64,000 nucleotides of DNA from Camelus ferus. Its lineage: Eukaryota. The DNA lies in NCBI RefSeq assembly GCF_009834535.1, contig NC_045696.1:113338001-113402000 (forward strand). The letters run 5' to 3'. Numbering within the stretch: the first letter of the stretch is position 1; each line of letters begins with the position of its first letter. Of the stretch, positions 38,682 through 50,604 are shown one piece after another. The notes under the pieces are model-generated. The model was not told the DNA's origin and made no database searches. It worked only from the letters and a program-made list of their open reading frames with translations. The position numbers and the translations under genes were made by a program.

Positions 38682-40600
38682 ATTATTTTAAGTTGCTGAT
38701 CCCTCAAGTGTAAATGCATTTTAACAACTATGCATTTTTACTCCCTTCCTCCCACATTTTCTGTCTTGACATCATATTTTACTTCTTTTTTGTTTTGTGA
38801 ATCCCTTAACTACCTATTGCAGATATGGATGATTCTACTACTTTTAGCCTGTTTAGTCTTTTAGACTTCCTAATAGCTTTGTACATGGTTGATTTACTAC
38901 CTTTACTGTGTATCTGCCTTTACCAATGAGATTTGTCCTCGTAATTGTCATGTTTCCAGGTGTGACCTTTTCTTTCCCACTTACAGAAGTCCCTTTAACA
39001 TTTCTTATAAAGCAGGTTTGGTGGTGCTGGACTCTTAGCTTTTGCTTGCCTGTAAAACTTTTGATCTCTCCAACAAATCTGAACGAAAGCCTTGCTGGCT
39101 AGAGGACTCTTGGTTGTAAGTTTTTCCCTTTTAACGCTTTAAATATAGCATGCCACTCCCTTCTGACCTGCAGGGTTTCTGCTGAAGAGTCAGCAGATAG
39201 TTTTACGGCAGTTCTCTTATATGTTACTTGTTGCTTTCCCCCTTGCTCCTTTTAATATTCTCTATCTTTAACTTTTGCCGTTTTAACTACAGCGAGTCTC
39301 AGTGGGATCCTCTTTGGGTTGATCCTGTTTGGGACTCTCTGTGCTTCCTGGACCTGGATGTCTGTTTCCTTTCCCAGGTTTACAGCTATTATGTCTCCAC
39401 ATGTGTTCTCTGCCCCTTTCTGTCTCTCTTCTCCTTCTGGGATGCCTGTAATGTAAATGTTAGTACACCTGATTTTGTCTCAAAGGTCTCTAAAACTGTC
39501 CTCATCTCTTTTCTGTTTTCTTTTCTCCTGTTCTGCTTCAGTGATTCCCACTACTCCGTCTTCCAGCTCACTCATCCATTCCTCTGTGCCATCTCATCTA
39601 CTGTTGATTCCTTCTGGTGTATTTCTTATTTCAGTTATTGCAGTTGTCATCTCGGGTTGGCTTTTCCTTTTTCTAACTCTTTGTTAAAAACTTCTAACTT
39701 TTCACTCTGTTCATCCATCTTCTCCCAAGTTCTTTGAACACCTTTAGGATCATTACCTTCAATTCTTTATGGTGTAGGTTGTCTATCTCCCCTTCCTTTA
39801 GTTCTTCTTCTGGGGCTTTATCTTGTTCCTTCATTTGGGTATATATTCCTCTGTTGCCTCATTCTGCTTAATTTGCTGTTCCGATTTCTATGTATTTGGT
39901 AGGTTAGTTACCTTTCCCAACCTTGGAGAAGTGGCCTTTTGAAGGAGACGTCCTATGCAGCCCAGTACTGGTCCTGGTAGGCTGGTGAATGGGGCTGGGT
40001 CCCAATGCTAATGAGCTAGGAGGATTCCACAGGGGCACTTGCCACCACCAGTGTCCACGTGGTAGAACGAGCTCCCAAAAATGCATGCCGCCTGTGTCTG
40101 CGGCTCCAGGGTGAGCTCCAGTTGCCTCCTGCCTCTCTAGAAGACTCTCCAAGATCAGCAGGTGTGTCTGATCCAGGTTCCTTTCAAATGACTGCTTCTG
40201 CTCTGGGTTCCAGAACGTGTGAGATTTTGTGCGTATCCTTTAAAAGTGGAGTTATTCCCTAAAGTAAGCCCCACTGGCCTTAAAGCCAAACATTCTGGGG
40301 GTTCATCTTCCCGATGCAGGACTCCCAGGTTGGGTAGCCCAATGTGGACTCTCTGAAAATGTAATTATCCTCCCATTTGTGGGACACCCACCCAAAGGTG
40401 TGCGTCTTGACTATACCACATCTCCACCCTTCCTACCCATCTTAGTGTGATTCCTTCTTTGTATCTTCTGTTGTCAAGACCTTTTCCACTTAGCCTTCCA
40501 GTCTTTCTCATCTCACAGTTGCTCTGTAAATAGCTGTAATTCTGGTGTGTTGGTGGGAGTAGATGAGCTCAGGGACTTCCTACTCTGCCATCTTATCTAC
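38682..40600 (-). mobile_element. L1 5' half (5'UTR, decayed ORF1, inter-ORF spacer); no ORF2 visible
   Basis: 40020-40600 is the reverse complement homologue of 23235-23836. An ORF1-like start lies at ~39862 on the minus strand. Ends at a (CA)n run near 38665-38681. Confidence 0.8.
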
Positions 40601-40887
40601 TTTTTTAAAGATCATCTAAACTGACAGATAATCTCAGAAAATGTGTGGACAAATCAAAACTCTAAGCATTTTTGATCACGGCAAATTAAAACTATTGAAA
40701 GAGAGTACAGTTTTGACCCTCCATTGGTTTCACATTTCAGATGATGTTTAGAGACTTACCGTTATTCATCTCAGAGGCTAAATTAATCATGTATTGAGTT
40801 CCTTCTATGTGCCAGGCATTGTGGATATAAAGACCTCAAGAAGTAAGGATTTAGCTCCTTGAGCCCCACAGGGACTTGAGTCCAGGC

Positions 40888-41076
40888 TCAGTTTGCCAGA
40901 CTCAGCAAATAAAAATATAGGAGGCCCAGTTAAATTTGAACTCAGGTAAACAAAAGAAAAAAATTTAGTATAAGTGTGCCCCAAATATTGCATGGAACAT
41001 TTATACTATAAAACATTCACTGTTTGTCTGAAATACAAATTTGACTGGACCCTCTGTATTTTATCTGGCAACCCTA
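40888..41076. mobile_element. MER53-like palindromic MITE
   Basis: Long imperfect inverted repeats: 'ttgccaga...aataaaaatataggaggcccagttaaatttga' and 'caaatttgactggaccctctgtattttatctggcaa'. Confidence 0.75.
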
Positions 41077-41276
41077 TTCCAGGCTTTTTGGGGGTCTGCA
41101 AGAAAAGGGCTTGGCCAAAGAACATTGTAAAGCCAGTAGTAAAAGAAACAACTACAAACTGTGCAAATGTGTAGTTTTTGCCAACTCTTTATTTGTTTCC
41201 ACCAGAACCTGCTGGTCCTAACCAGCCTTTAATCAGGTAGCCTTACTAGTCACCTGGCCATATAGCACACTGTGCC

Positions 41277-42175
41277 TTTTTTTTTTTTTCAGTAGACTTT
41301 ATTTTTTAGAGCAGTTTAGGTTCACAGCAACACTGAACAGAAGGTGCAGATGTCCCACATACCTTCTGCCCTGACACATGAATCACCTCGCCTGCTACCA
41401 ACATCCCCCACTGGAGTGAGACATTTGTTACAAGCGATGAACCTACAGCGACACATCACGGTCACTCAAAGTCCACAGTTTACATTCCGGATCACTCTTG
41501 GTGTTGTACATTCTGTGGATTTAGACAAATGTATAATGACATGTATCCATCACTACAGTATCATATAGAACAGTTTCACTGCCCTAAAAATTCCCCGTGC
41601 TCCACCCATCCACCCCTCCCCACCCCTTTGACCGCCGACAACCACTGATCTTTTTACTGTCTCCATAGTTTCCTTTTCCAGAATGTCATGTAGTTGGCAT
41701 CACACAGTGCATAGCTTTTTCATAATGGTTTCTTTCACTTAGTCATATGCATTTAAGGCCTTTCATGGCCTGATAACTCATTTCTTTTTGGTACCAAATA
41801 ATATTCCATTGTCTGGATGTACCACAGTTCATTTATCCATTCACCTACTGAAGGGTATTTTGGTTGCTCCCAAGTTTTAGTAATTATAAGTTAAGCTACT
41901 AGAAACATTCGTGTGCAGGGTTTTGTGTGGACATAGTTTTCAACGCTTTTATATAAATACCAAGGGGTATGATTGCTGGATCATATAGTAAAAGTATGTT
42001 TAATTTTGTTAAAAAAAAAAAAAAACACCAAACTCTCTTCCAAAGTGGCTGTACAATTTTCACTTCCAGCAGCAATGACTGAGAGATCCTGTTGCTCCAC
42101 ATCCTTGCCAGTTTGATGTTGTCAGTTCTGGATTCTGGCCATTCTGATAGGTGTGCAGTGGTCTCACTGTGGTTT
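41277..42175 (-). mobile_element. L1MC1-like 3' end
   Basis: 'tagactttattttttagagcagtttaggttcacagcaa...gatgaacctaca...cagtttcactgccctaaaaa'. Confidence 0.8.
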
Positions 42176-43169
42176 CACACTATACTCTTTCATACAACTA
42201 CTGGATTCCTTTAGGGCAAGAGCTACTCTGTCATTGCTAAAAAGAAGAGGAGAGTGGATGGGGAGGGGGCAATTAGAAGTCGCTGCCAAAACGTACCACT
42301 AGGGTTACTGGGTATTAGTTGAGTAATTATTAATTTAATGGTTCTACTCCCCCACCTAGGCTCCAAGCTCCTTGAGGGCGAAGATGTCTATCAAGGTCAT
42401 CACTCTGTTTCCAGGGCCCAGGATGCAATCCACAAATACTCCATAAACCTTTGTGGAAAGAAGAGAGGGAAAGATTGAGGAAGAAAAGGAGAATTACTTC
42501 CCTAAGGTCTTTACCCTCCAGCCTCCATGCTTCCCATAACAGGCGCTCTGTGGGGCCCTCCCCTGATGTCTGCTCACTGCCCTTCTCTGAGGGTCAAGCT
42601 CTGCCCTCCTCCCCTCTCAACCAGGGCCTGCCTATCTCTGAGTCCTTCGGGACAGCATCTGCTCTCAGCCAGGTAGACCCCCAAACACTCTCTGTGGTTT
42701 GATGTGTCTACTTGGCGTATCTGTCCATCTGTCCAATGTGGACACCTGACATGGTTCACACTGGACAGGACAACAACCAGTTCACATCTTTGCTGCAGGG
42801 CCCTCCTCCTGCAATGATCACACCTGCTTCACCTTTATTAGCCTCAGAGGAGTCCCCGTAACCTCCCTTCCCCTCCCCCAGTATCACACAAGATTCTAAT
42901 CTTGTCTTGGACTACTTGAGTCATACAGCCCAGATTCCCTCTCCAGATAAGGGGCTGAACACTTCTCTACCTAAGGGCAAAGGACCACCTCCTCAAGTGA
43001 ATGCTCCTCATTTCAAATGCACTAACAGGATACCCAAATTGGCACTTCATGTACTAAGACGCTATACTGGGTGGAATTTTCCAGTTGCCTAGAACAGCTG
43101 CAACGATTCAGATTTGAGACAAAGTTTGAGCCTTTAAAACACTATACAACTTAAGAGAGGCAGCAAACA

Positions 43170-43350
43170 TGTGACTATAGATGGTTGTAGGTTCACAGAC
43201 CACCTCCACCATTTACTAGCTGTGTGACTGAGGGCAAATTACTTAACCTCCCTGAACCTAGATTTCCTCTCCAAAAAACCTGAATAATAGTAGTACCTAC
43301 CTCAGAGTGGTTTTGTGAGGATTAAGTAAGCTGTATGTTTTATTTAATGT
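43170..43350 (+). mobile_element. MIR
   Basis: 'ccatttactagctgtgtgactgagggcaaattacttaacctc...gtgaggattaa'. Confidence 0.8.
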
Positions 43351-43364
43351 CTGGTTTTTACGTG

Positions 43365-43875
43365 AATGGGTTTTTTTTCCCCAGTGGCCACAAACTCCTT
43401 CCCACTCCTTCCAGTAAGAGGTGAGGCACATGTCTTCTCCCACTGAGTCTGGGTGGACCTGTGACTGCTTTGGCCCACAGAGGGCAATGGAAATGCTCTC
43501 CATGGCTGGGCCAGGAAAGGATATCATCTTCTGCCTGGCTCTCTTGGGACACTTGCTCTGGGAGAAGTCAGCTCCCACGTAGGAAGTCTGACGAACCCAA
43601 GCTCATCACGATGCAGAGGACACATGGAGGTGCTCCAGGGAACAACCCCAGAGAGCTCCCAGGGCACAGACAACAGCCTGTCAGCCACGTGAGGGAGCCA
43701 GCCCTCTGGCGAGGCAGACACCTAGCCCAGTAAAGCCTTCGGAGGACAAACATCAGACTGCGACCTGCACGAGAGCCACCCCGCTGAGCCCTTTCCAGAT
43801 TCCTGACCACAAAATCACAAGCTTATGCCATGACATGTTAGGGCAGTTTGTGACACAGCTACAGCCAGCAACAGT
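43365..43875 (+). mobile_element. MLT1-family LTR
   Basis: 'tggccacaaactccttccc...tgtgactgctttggcc...agattcctgaccacaaaatc...gtttgtgacacagc'. Confidence 0.7.
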
Positions 43876-44954
43876 AAATGGTAGCGGCCACTGACACTCA
43901 TGCAGCTTCAAAGCCACATAAGCCCTGGAATCGAGCCTCCGGCTTCCCAAGGTTGTGACCGCCATGCGGTGTCAAGTTCAGCCCTGCCGGCTCCACTTGG
44001 AGCCCCCCCCCCCCCCCCCCGAGCCTCGTTTCTCTCAATTCTCTGCGAGGTTTCCCGTCTAACTTCGAGATCAAGAAAGTCTGAATAAAACTTTAGATAA
44101 ACACTTAAAATTATTTCCTGGAAGCTCACCAAGCCCAACATGTGAATCCTCCCCAGGCTGCACAATTGAAAACAAGTTATATAATTTCTGTTTCTCAGGG
44201 CGGAGACAAGGGAACAGTGGGGCGGCTGCCTGTCGTCTGGAATCACATTTTAAATAAACAGACCAAGTAAACTGCTCAGCAATGATGAATAATGAAATGG
44301 TAGAGACAGAAATGAAAAAGCAACAGGAACTACAGGAGCTATTTCTGTCTCTCACTGGGAATTCCTAATGGCTGAGGTTAGGTGTTTACTTCTCAGGGGG
44401 TGGATTATTTTTAACGTCTTTGAATGTGGTGCGTCTGTGACAGCTACTATTTCCAAACGCCAGCAAGATGCCTCTCAGATCGAAACACCCCTGTGGGGTC
44501 GAGAGTCACACTGGATATCTGTGTTTCTCCTTCAGATATTTGAAATATTCCATCAGCGATCTCAGTTATTTGTGGAATTCATTCTCTGAGGAGGAAGTTA
44601 TTTTCTGTAGGAACTGGAATTATCTTAACTTCCAACTTTTTCCTCCTCTCTTCACTGGCCAACACTCTCCAGTCCATCCACTGAGGATGGTATCACCTGG
44701 GATGGCATGAGAATCCTCCCAAAGATGGAAACAGAGATCAGATTTGAACCACACAAGTATTATCCATGGCCGTGTCTTCTCCTCCTACTCCATACTCTGC
44801 GATGTCTCGTGGCATGTTTAAGAAGCATTTGCAGATGTGTAAGTATTTGTAAGACATTAGGGATTCTGAAATCTCTGTGGCAATCACTATTCTGTTAGAA
44901 CTCAAGCGAATGTTTAGAAAATTAAAGTTAGACTGTTGGTGCTGTGGTGTTGCG

Positions 44955-45118
44955 CTGCCCACACTTGACTGGTTACCAGAACCACACAGTGATTTGGTAA
45001 AAGTGGAGACTCCCGGATTTTGCCTCAGAAAAATGGAGAAAGAGACTCTGGGAAAGGGGTTCAAGAATTCACGTAGATCTTAAAATCTTCCAAGTGATCT
45101 GACGGCCAGCCAGCTTGT
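44955..45118. mobile_element. MER5-like MITE remnant
   Basis: 'cttccaagtgatctgacggccagccagcttg' resembles the MER5 end. Confidence 0.45.
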
Positions 45119-45167
45119 ACAGTCTCAGCCTCGCCGTACCCACACCCTGCCATGAAACAGCACGAGA

Positions 45168-45278
45168 CGCAAGGTCCTAGGTTCAATCCCCAGTACCTCC
45201 ATCTGTAAATAAATAAACCTAATTACTCTCCCCTCCCAAAAAAAGACCCCCCAAATTTAAAAATTTTTAAAAATTTAA
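45168..45278 (+). mobile_element. 5'-truncated tRNA-Ala-derived SINE
   Basis: Starts at 'gcaaggtcctaggttcaatccccagtacctcc' (B box only). TSD-like aaacagcacgag / aaacatcaagag. Confidence 0.85.
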
Positions 45279-46053
45279 AAACATCAAGAGGAAGGCGCTG
45301 TAAACAAGCAGACAATGTGTGAGTCACAGGAGTAGAGCCCACTCAGAAACTTCCCAGGCCTGGAGGGAGTAAACAGACCCTCCCTCCACCTGTTCAAGTA
45401 ACAAACATCTCTCAGGGATCCAGCATGAATGAATTATAAGGTGGCAGGAAACAGAGGAATGTGACTTACTCTCTGCCACCGAGAAACTCGGATCCTACTT
45501 ACTCATTCATTCACCAAATACTAATTGAGCACCTACTATGCACCGGGTACTGTTCTAGAGACTGGTGATGCTGCCACACAGATGTGCTTCCTGTCCTCAT
45601 GCAATGTGGCATTTAGCACAGTCTACGTTCCTTTTGTAGGAAGGCGAACAGGTGACACATGGGCTTGACTCTGACATCTGCATTGGGTGGTTCATTAGGC
45701 AGAAGCAGTATAGCACCTGCATGAGCCTCTGTCTCCTTAAATTCTGCAGCCTAGACCTCACTTGCTTCACCCTAGTCCCAGTCATGAGGTTCGGAGGTGT
45801 CCTAGATGGAATCACAGCATGTGCAAAGCAAGAAGATGCTCAAGGTTATTTAGAAAATGATAAACAATCTTACATGGCTTGAGTATAGAACACACAGGGT
45901 AGATAAGGGGCTGGAGATTTTGCCGTGGATGAGGGGAGACTCCAGCTGCAGCCTACAGACAGTTGTGAAGTGCCTTGCAAGTCGAATGTTTCTTCTCTGT
46001 CTGTCTGATGATCATATTAGCCATTATATTTTTTAGAAAGATCACTCTGACAG

Positions 46054-46588
46054 TGTTAATAGAAAAGAACAAATCTGACTCCATGTTAGATCTGTTTCTT
46101 TGGCTTTAACCCTGTGCTCTGTTTCTGGGGCTTAGTGTTGCTAGTTCTACACCTTTTGTAAAATAATGTTTCCTATAGCCTGAAATATACAGGACAGCCT
46201 ATTCTCAAGGCTCTAACCCTTAGATATTAACACTTTTGCACTCATATAAAGATAATAAGTTGCAGAATAGAAAATAACGTTTGTTTTGTTGGAGGTTTAC
46301 AGGGGCACCATGACCTGACCCACGTGGACAGCTGCAAGAACGAAGGATTCCAAGAACAAAGAATTCCTGCACCAAGAAGTTTGCAACAACCAACCACACT
46401 CCTCCCTTTTCTAGTATAAAAGGAGCCTGAACTCTGACTTGGGGAAGATGGTTCTCCAGGACATTACTCTGCCATCTTCTTGGTCTGCCAGCTTTCCAAA
46501 TAAAGTTGCTATTCCTTGTCCCAACAACTCATCTCTCAATTCACTGGCCTGTTGTGCAGTAAGCAGAATGAGTTTGGACTCAGTAGCA
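46054..46588 (+). mobile_element. ERV1-class solo LTR (535 bp)
   Basis: TG...CA ends, TATAAAA at 46415-46421, AATAAA at 46499-46504, 4-bp flanks acag / agag. Confidence 0.8.
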
Positions 46589-46799
46589 AGAGCAGTATAA
46601 AAATAAGAGGGGGAAAGGCTTGGACCAAGAAACAAAGCAGCGATTATAGTAGTACTCGAGAAAGATAATAAACATTTGAATTGAAGCAACAGCCTAAATG
46701 GAAAGAAAGCCTTGGTGCTCAAAGCTATAGGGATGCAGACAAGAGAGGAAACCTCCAGGGCCACCCAAGTAAAGGGCCTAACTACATCCTTCAGTGCAA

Positions 46800-49490
46800 A
46801 TAAACAGAGAATAAAGCAAACTTGCTTGTTTCATCCTTATCTGCCTAAAATTTTTTAGATTTTTAAAAAATTCACTACCACAGACCAGCTCTCACATAGC
46901 TTTGTGGTCCAAATTCACACTGAATATGTGATGCACACAAACACAAACCCCCCTCAAGTACAGAATTACATTGAAAGTCAGCCCAGGATTAGCAATATGC
47001 TAAGGCAAATGTAGAAGCAAACACAAACCCTCACTGGAGTAACACCATCATCCCAGGCCTCAAAAAATTACCATAAAATTTCAAGGAAAACGAACAGCTC
47101 CCAGTATAAAAGTACAAAACACAGAGAAACAATGTACCATGAGTGAGAGCCAGGAAAAACAACAGACCAGGTAGTTAATGCCACAAAGACTTCAGCTATT
47201 GGAACAATATAATACAAAATGAAAAGTAACTGTGTTTTCTGGGTTTAAGGAAAATGACAACTTTGAAAATATGAACCAGGATGCATCCCAGAGAGACAAT
47301 GAGATCAAAATATAAAAATAGAGGTTTGAAGACATAGAGAACATAAAAGGGTCCAACCTATGTCCAACCAGAGTCTCATGGGGAATAATAGAGACATAGG
47401 AGGAGGTGCTGTTCAAAGAAGCCATGACTGGGAATTTTGCAGAATTGGTGAAAGTCAGCAATCCTCACAACAAGGGTTTTTGTTTTTAGAAATTCTCACT
47501 GAGACCAATCAGTGAAGTTTCAGAACACCAAGGAAAAACAGAATATCATAAAAAGGAAGAAAAGTAATCATCTACACAGGAATGACAATTATAGTTGAAT
47601 TCACAGGAGCAAAAATGAAAGCTGAAAGACAATGAAACAACATATTTAATGTGCATAAAGAGAATAAATGTCATCTTAGGTTTTTATACCCAAAAAGCTT
47701 CTTTCAAAAAAAGGAAGAATTAAAGTCAGTCTCTTGAAAGAATTAAGGTCAAAAACTGAATGAGTTCACCACCAACAGACCTTTGATAAAGAAAATTCTA
47801 AAAGATGTACTTCAGACCTAAGGAAACAGATCCAAGATCTGAGACTCAAGAGAGTGGTCAAAGATATGAGTAAATATGTGAGGAAATCTAAACAAACATG
47901 AACTGCTTAAAGCAATAATAATAATGGATAACGAGAGAGAAGGCAGGACAAAACTAAAACGCTGAAAAACAGTAACATATAAAATGAGAGAAGATGACCA
48001 GTATTATTATATTCTATGACCAATGTATATTGTCAGGAAGAGGGCAAAAATATATACAAACTTTTAGACTGTGTTAAATAGGCATGTTAAAATATAAACG
48101 GTAACCACCAAAATAATATACATAAAACCTAAAACTTCTAAACAGAAGGGAAAAATGGAATGAGGTAAAATGGAACATATGTGTATTATACATTTGTATA
48201 TATAATATAAATATATGTTATGTAACTTTTCCACTTTTGTTCCATATATATCTCTATATATCTAGATCCAGATATATATAGATATAGAGAGAAGGAAACA
48301 ACAAACTAAAAATCAGTTCTTTGAAAAGATACTAAAATAGACAAACGTCTGTCAAGCCTAGCCAAGAAAAAAGAAGACAAAGATAAATAATTTCAAGAAT
48401 GAAAAAGAACACTTAACTACAGATGCTGCAGAAATTAAACAGATGAGAGGATATTATAAATAATTTTATGCCAATAAATTGGAAATTTGAGATGAGTACA
48501 TCACTAAGATAAAACTTACCAGCACTAATCCAATAAGAACTAAAAACCCTCTAAACCTATTTAAAAAAAAAAAAAAGAAAGAAAGAAAGAAAAGACATTC
48601 CTGGGAAGAAAATATCAGGCCCCCAAACTTTTTTGACAAATTCTTTCATGTTTCAAATTATAGATCATGGAAATCTTACACAAAATTTTTCAGGAAGACG
48701 AAAAAGAAGGAATTCTCCACAACTCATTTCTAGAGACTGGCATAACCTTGATACAGAAATCTGAGAAGGGCAGTAAGAGAGGGAAAATTTGTCAAAATAG
48801 ATGCTAAAATCCCACGTGAAATATTAATAATCCAAATCCAACAATGTATAAGAAAGACAGTTTACAATGACAAATTGGATATATCCCAGGATGCAATAAG
48901 TTGGTTTAAAATTCCAAAATCAAATTAATGTAATTTGCTACACTATACTATGAAAAAAGAAAAATCATGTTTGTCTCAATAGTTACATAAAAAGCATCCA
49001 AAAGCATCTAATAAAATTCCACTTCCATCCACATCTACAGATAAGCTGTCCACATGAATAGGGCTTATAATAGCAAACATACATTACCTAAGTCAGGGTA
49101 GTATAAAATGTGCATGGCCTTTAACCTTGATAGAACAAGCTGAACCAACAGACCAACGGAACAGAGGAGAGACTAGAAATGACCATGCAAGTTAGTGGGG
49201 AAAGGATGGGCTATTTAATAAATGCTGCTGGAAATAAATCCAATGAATAAAGTGAAATCGGGTCACTGCCACACACTATACAGGAAAGTCAATTCTAGCT
49301 CAATGAAAGACTTAAATGATAAAAGCAAAACTAGAAAACATACAGAAGACCATGCAGAAAAGTCAATTTACAGCCTCAGATCTGGAAAAGATTTCTTAAG
49401 TAAGACATGAAATCTGCTCATTCTAGAGGAAAATTTTGGTAAGCCTTACTATATAAAAATTAGGAATTTTGTGCTCAGGATTTGCATTGA
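46800..49490 (+). mobile_element. Old fragmented L1 (ORF1 and ORF2 remnants)
   Basis: Degenerate L1 motifs 'gttctttgaaaagat', 'ttttatgccaataaattggaaa', 'caactcatttc...gcataaccttgatac'. Confidence 0.7.
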
Positions 49491-50604
49491 TTCCCTCCAA
49501 ATCTCGCACAGCAGTAAGGATGGCACTTCCACTCACCACAAATGTCTCTACCGCTTTCCCAGGCTGCCTCCTCCAGCAGCAGCTCAGAGTCGCCTCCTGA
49601 AGGTCCTTCTGGCAACTCCCACTGCAAGCTCCTTCCAGCCCTGAGACAGTGCCCCTCCACGGCAAGACAACCTTCCCTTGACCATGAGCCCCTCGGCCAT
49701 TGATTTTTTTCTCTTGAAAAAGTGGTTTAGGTTCATGGTCTCCATATTCATGCCCTCAACTCCCTGCAGCCTGGCTTCTGCAAAAATTATTACTAAAATT
49801 AGTCCCTGTGCACCCAAAACCCAGGTTAAAAATAAAATATAATACTCTGTGTGTCTCACCCTAAATCGTGCCTCACCCAATCCTCCATCTACCAACCAGG
49901 TCTGCCACTCAGAATTTCATACTGATCACGCCTGTGCTTTTCCTTCTACTTTTCCCTTGTCCTCAGAATTTACCACCTTCAAATCTGAAATGGCTGAGAA
50001 AACACTTCAGTGTTTGAGGAAAACAATCAGTGGCGAAATTGTTTAAAGTTGGTGAGATGAAGGCTCAAAGCCAAGATAAAGTTGAGTTATTTTTCAAAAG
50101 TGTTGCGTGTTTTCACCTTCCTGAGTTCAAGGCTAAATATCTGTAACTGGTACAACTTTATCATTCACTTCTTTACATGTCAGTAAGTATAAATGGACAA
50201 TAATATTTAAACAGTTGTCCAGTATCCTATTATATGAGCAAATCCTAATTTATTGAGGAATCTTAATGTTCACTTATTAGAAACTAAGGTTGCTTCTATT
50301 ATTTTATTATTATAGACATACATGTATGTGAGGGGGGTGTACTCACATACATCTATCTTTGTATCTTTCTGTACCTGTTTAAATACCTGCTTAGGATAAG
50401 TGCCTAAAGGTAGAGCTGCTGGGCCAAAAAGGATGTACATACTGATGTGGAGCTCGGCTCCAGAAAAGGCTGTCAGGAAGTACGTTTCCACGTGCAGGGC
50501 ATGGAAGTGCCTATTTCTCCAATCCACATCAACACTGAGTGTTTTAATTCTTTAATTTCAAATCATTATTTCATAACAGATTCTCAATTCAAGAAGCTAC
50601 TCCC

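Noticed and set aside
23728..40152. Two ORFs sharing the N-terminus MESLLERQEATGAH, suggesting a gene pair
   Set aside because: Both come from the same L1 5'UTR sequence in opposite orientations and start at TTG rather than ATG.
14441..45278. Five tRNA-Ala(AGC)-like sequences as tRNA genes
   Set aside because: They have A-rich tails, TSDs, 5' extensions or truncation and stem mismatches, so they are SINE copies.
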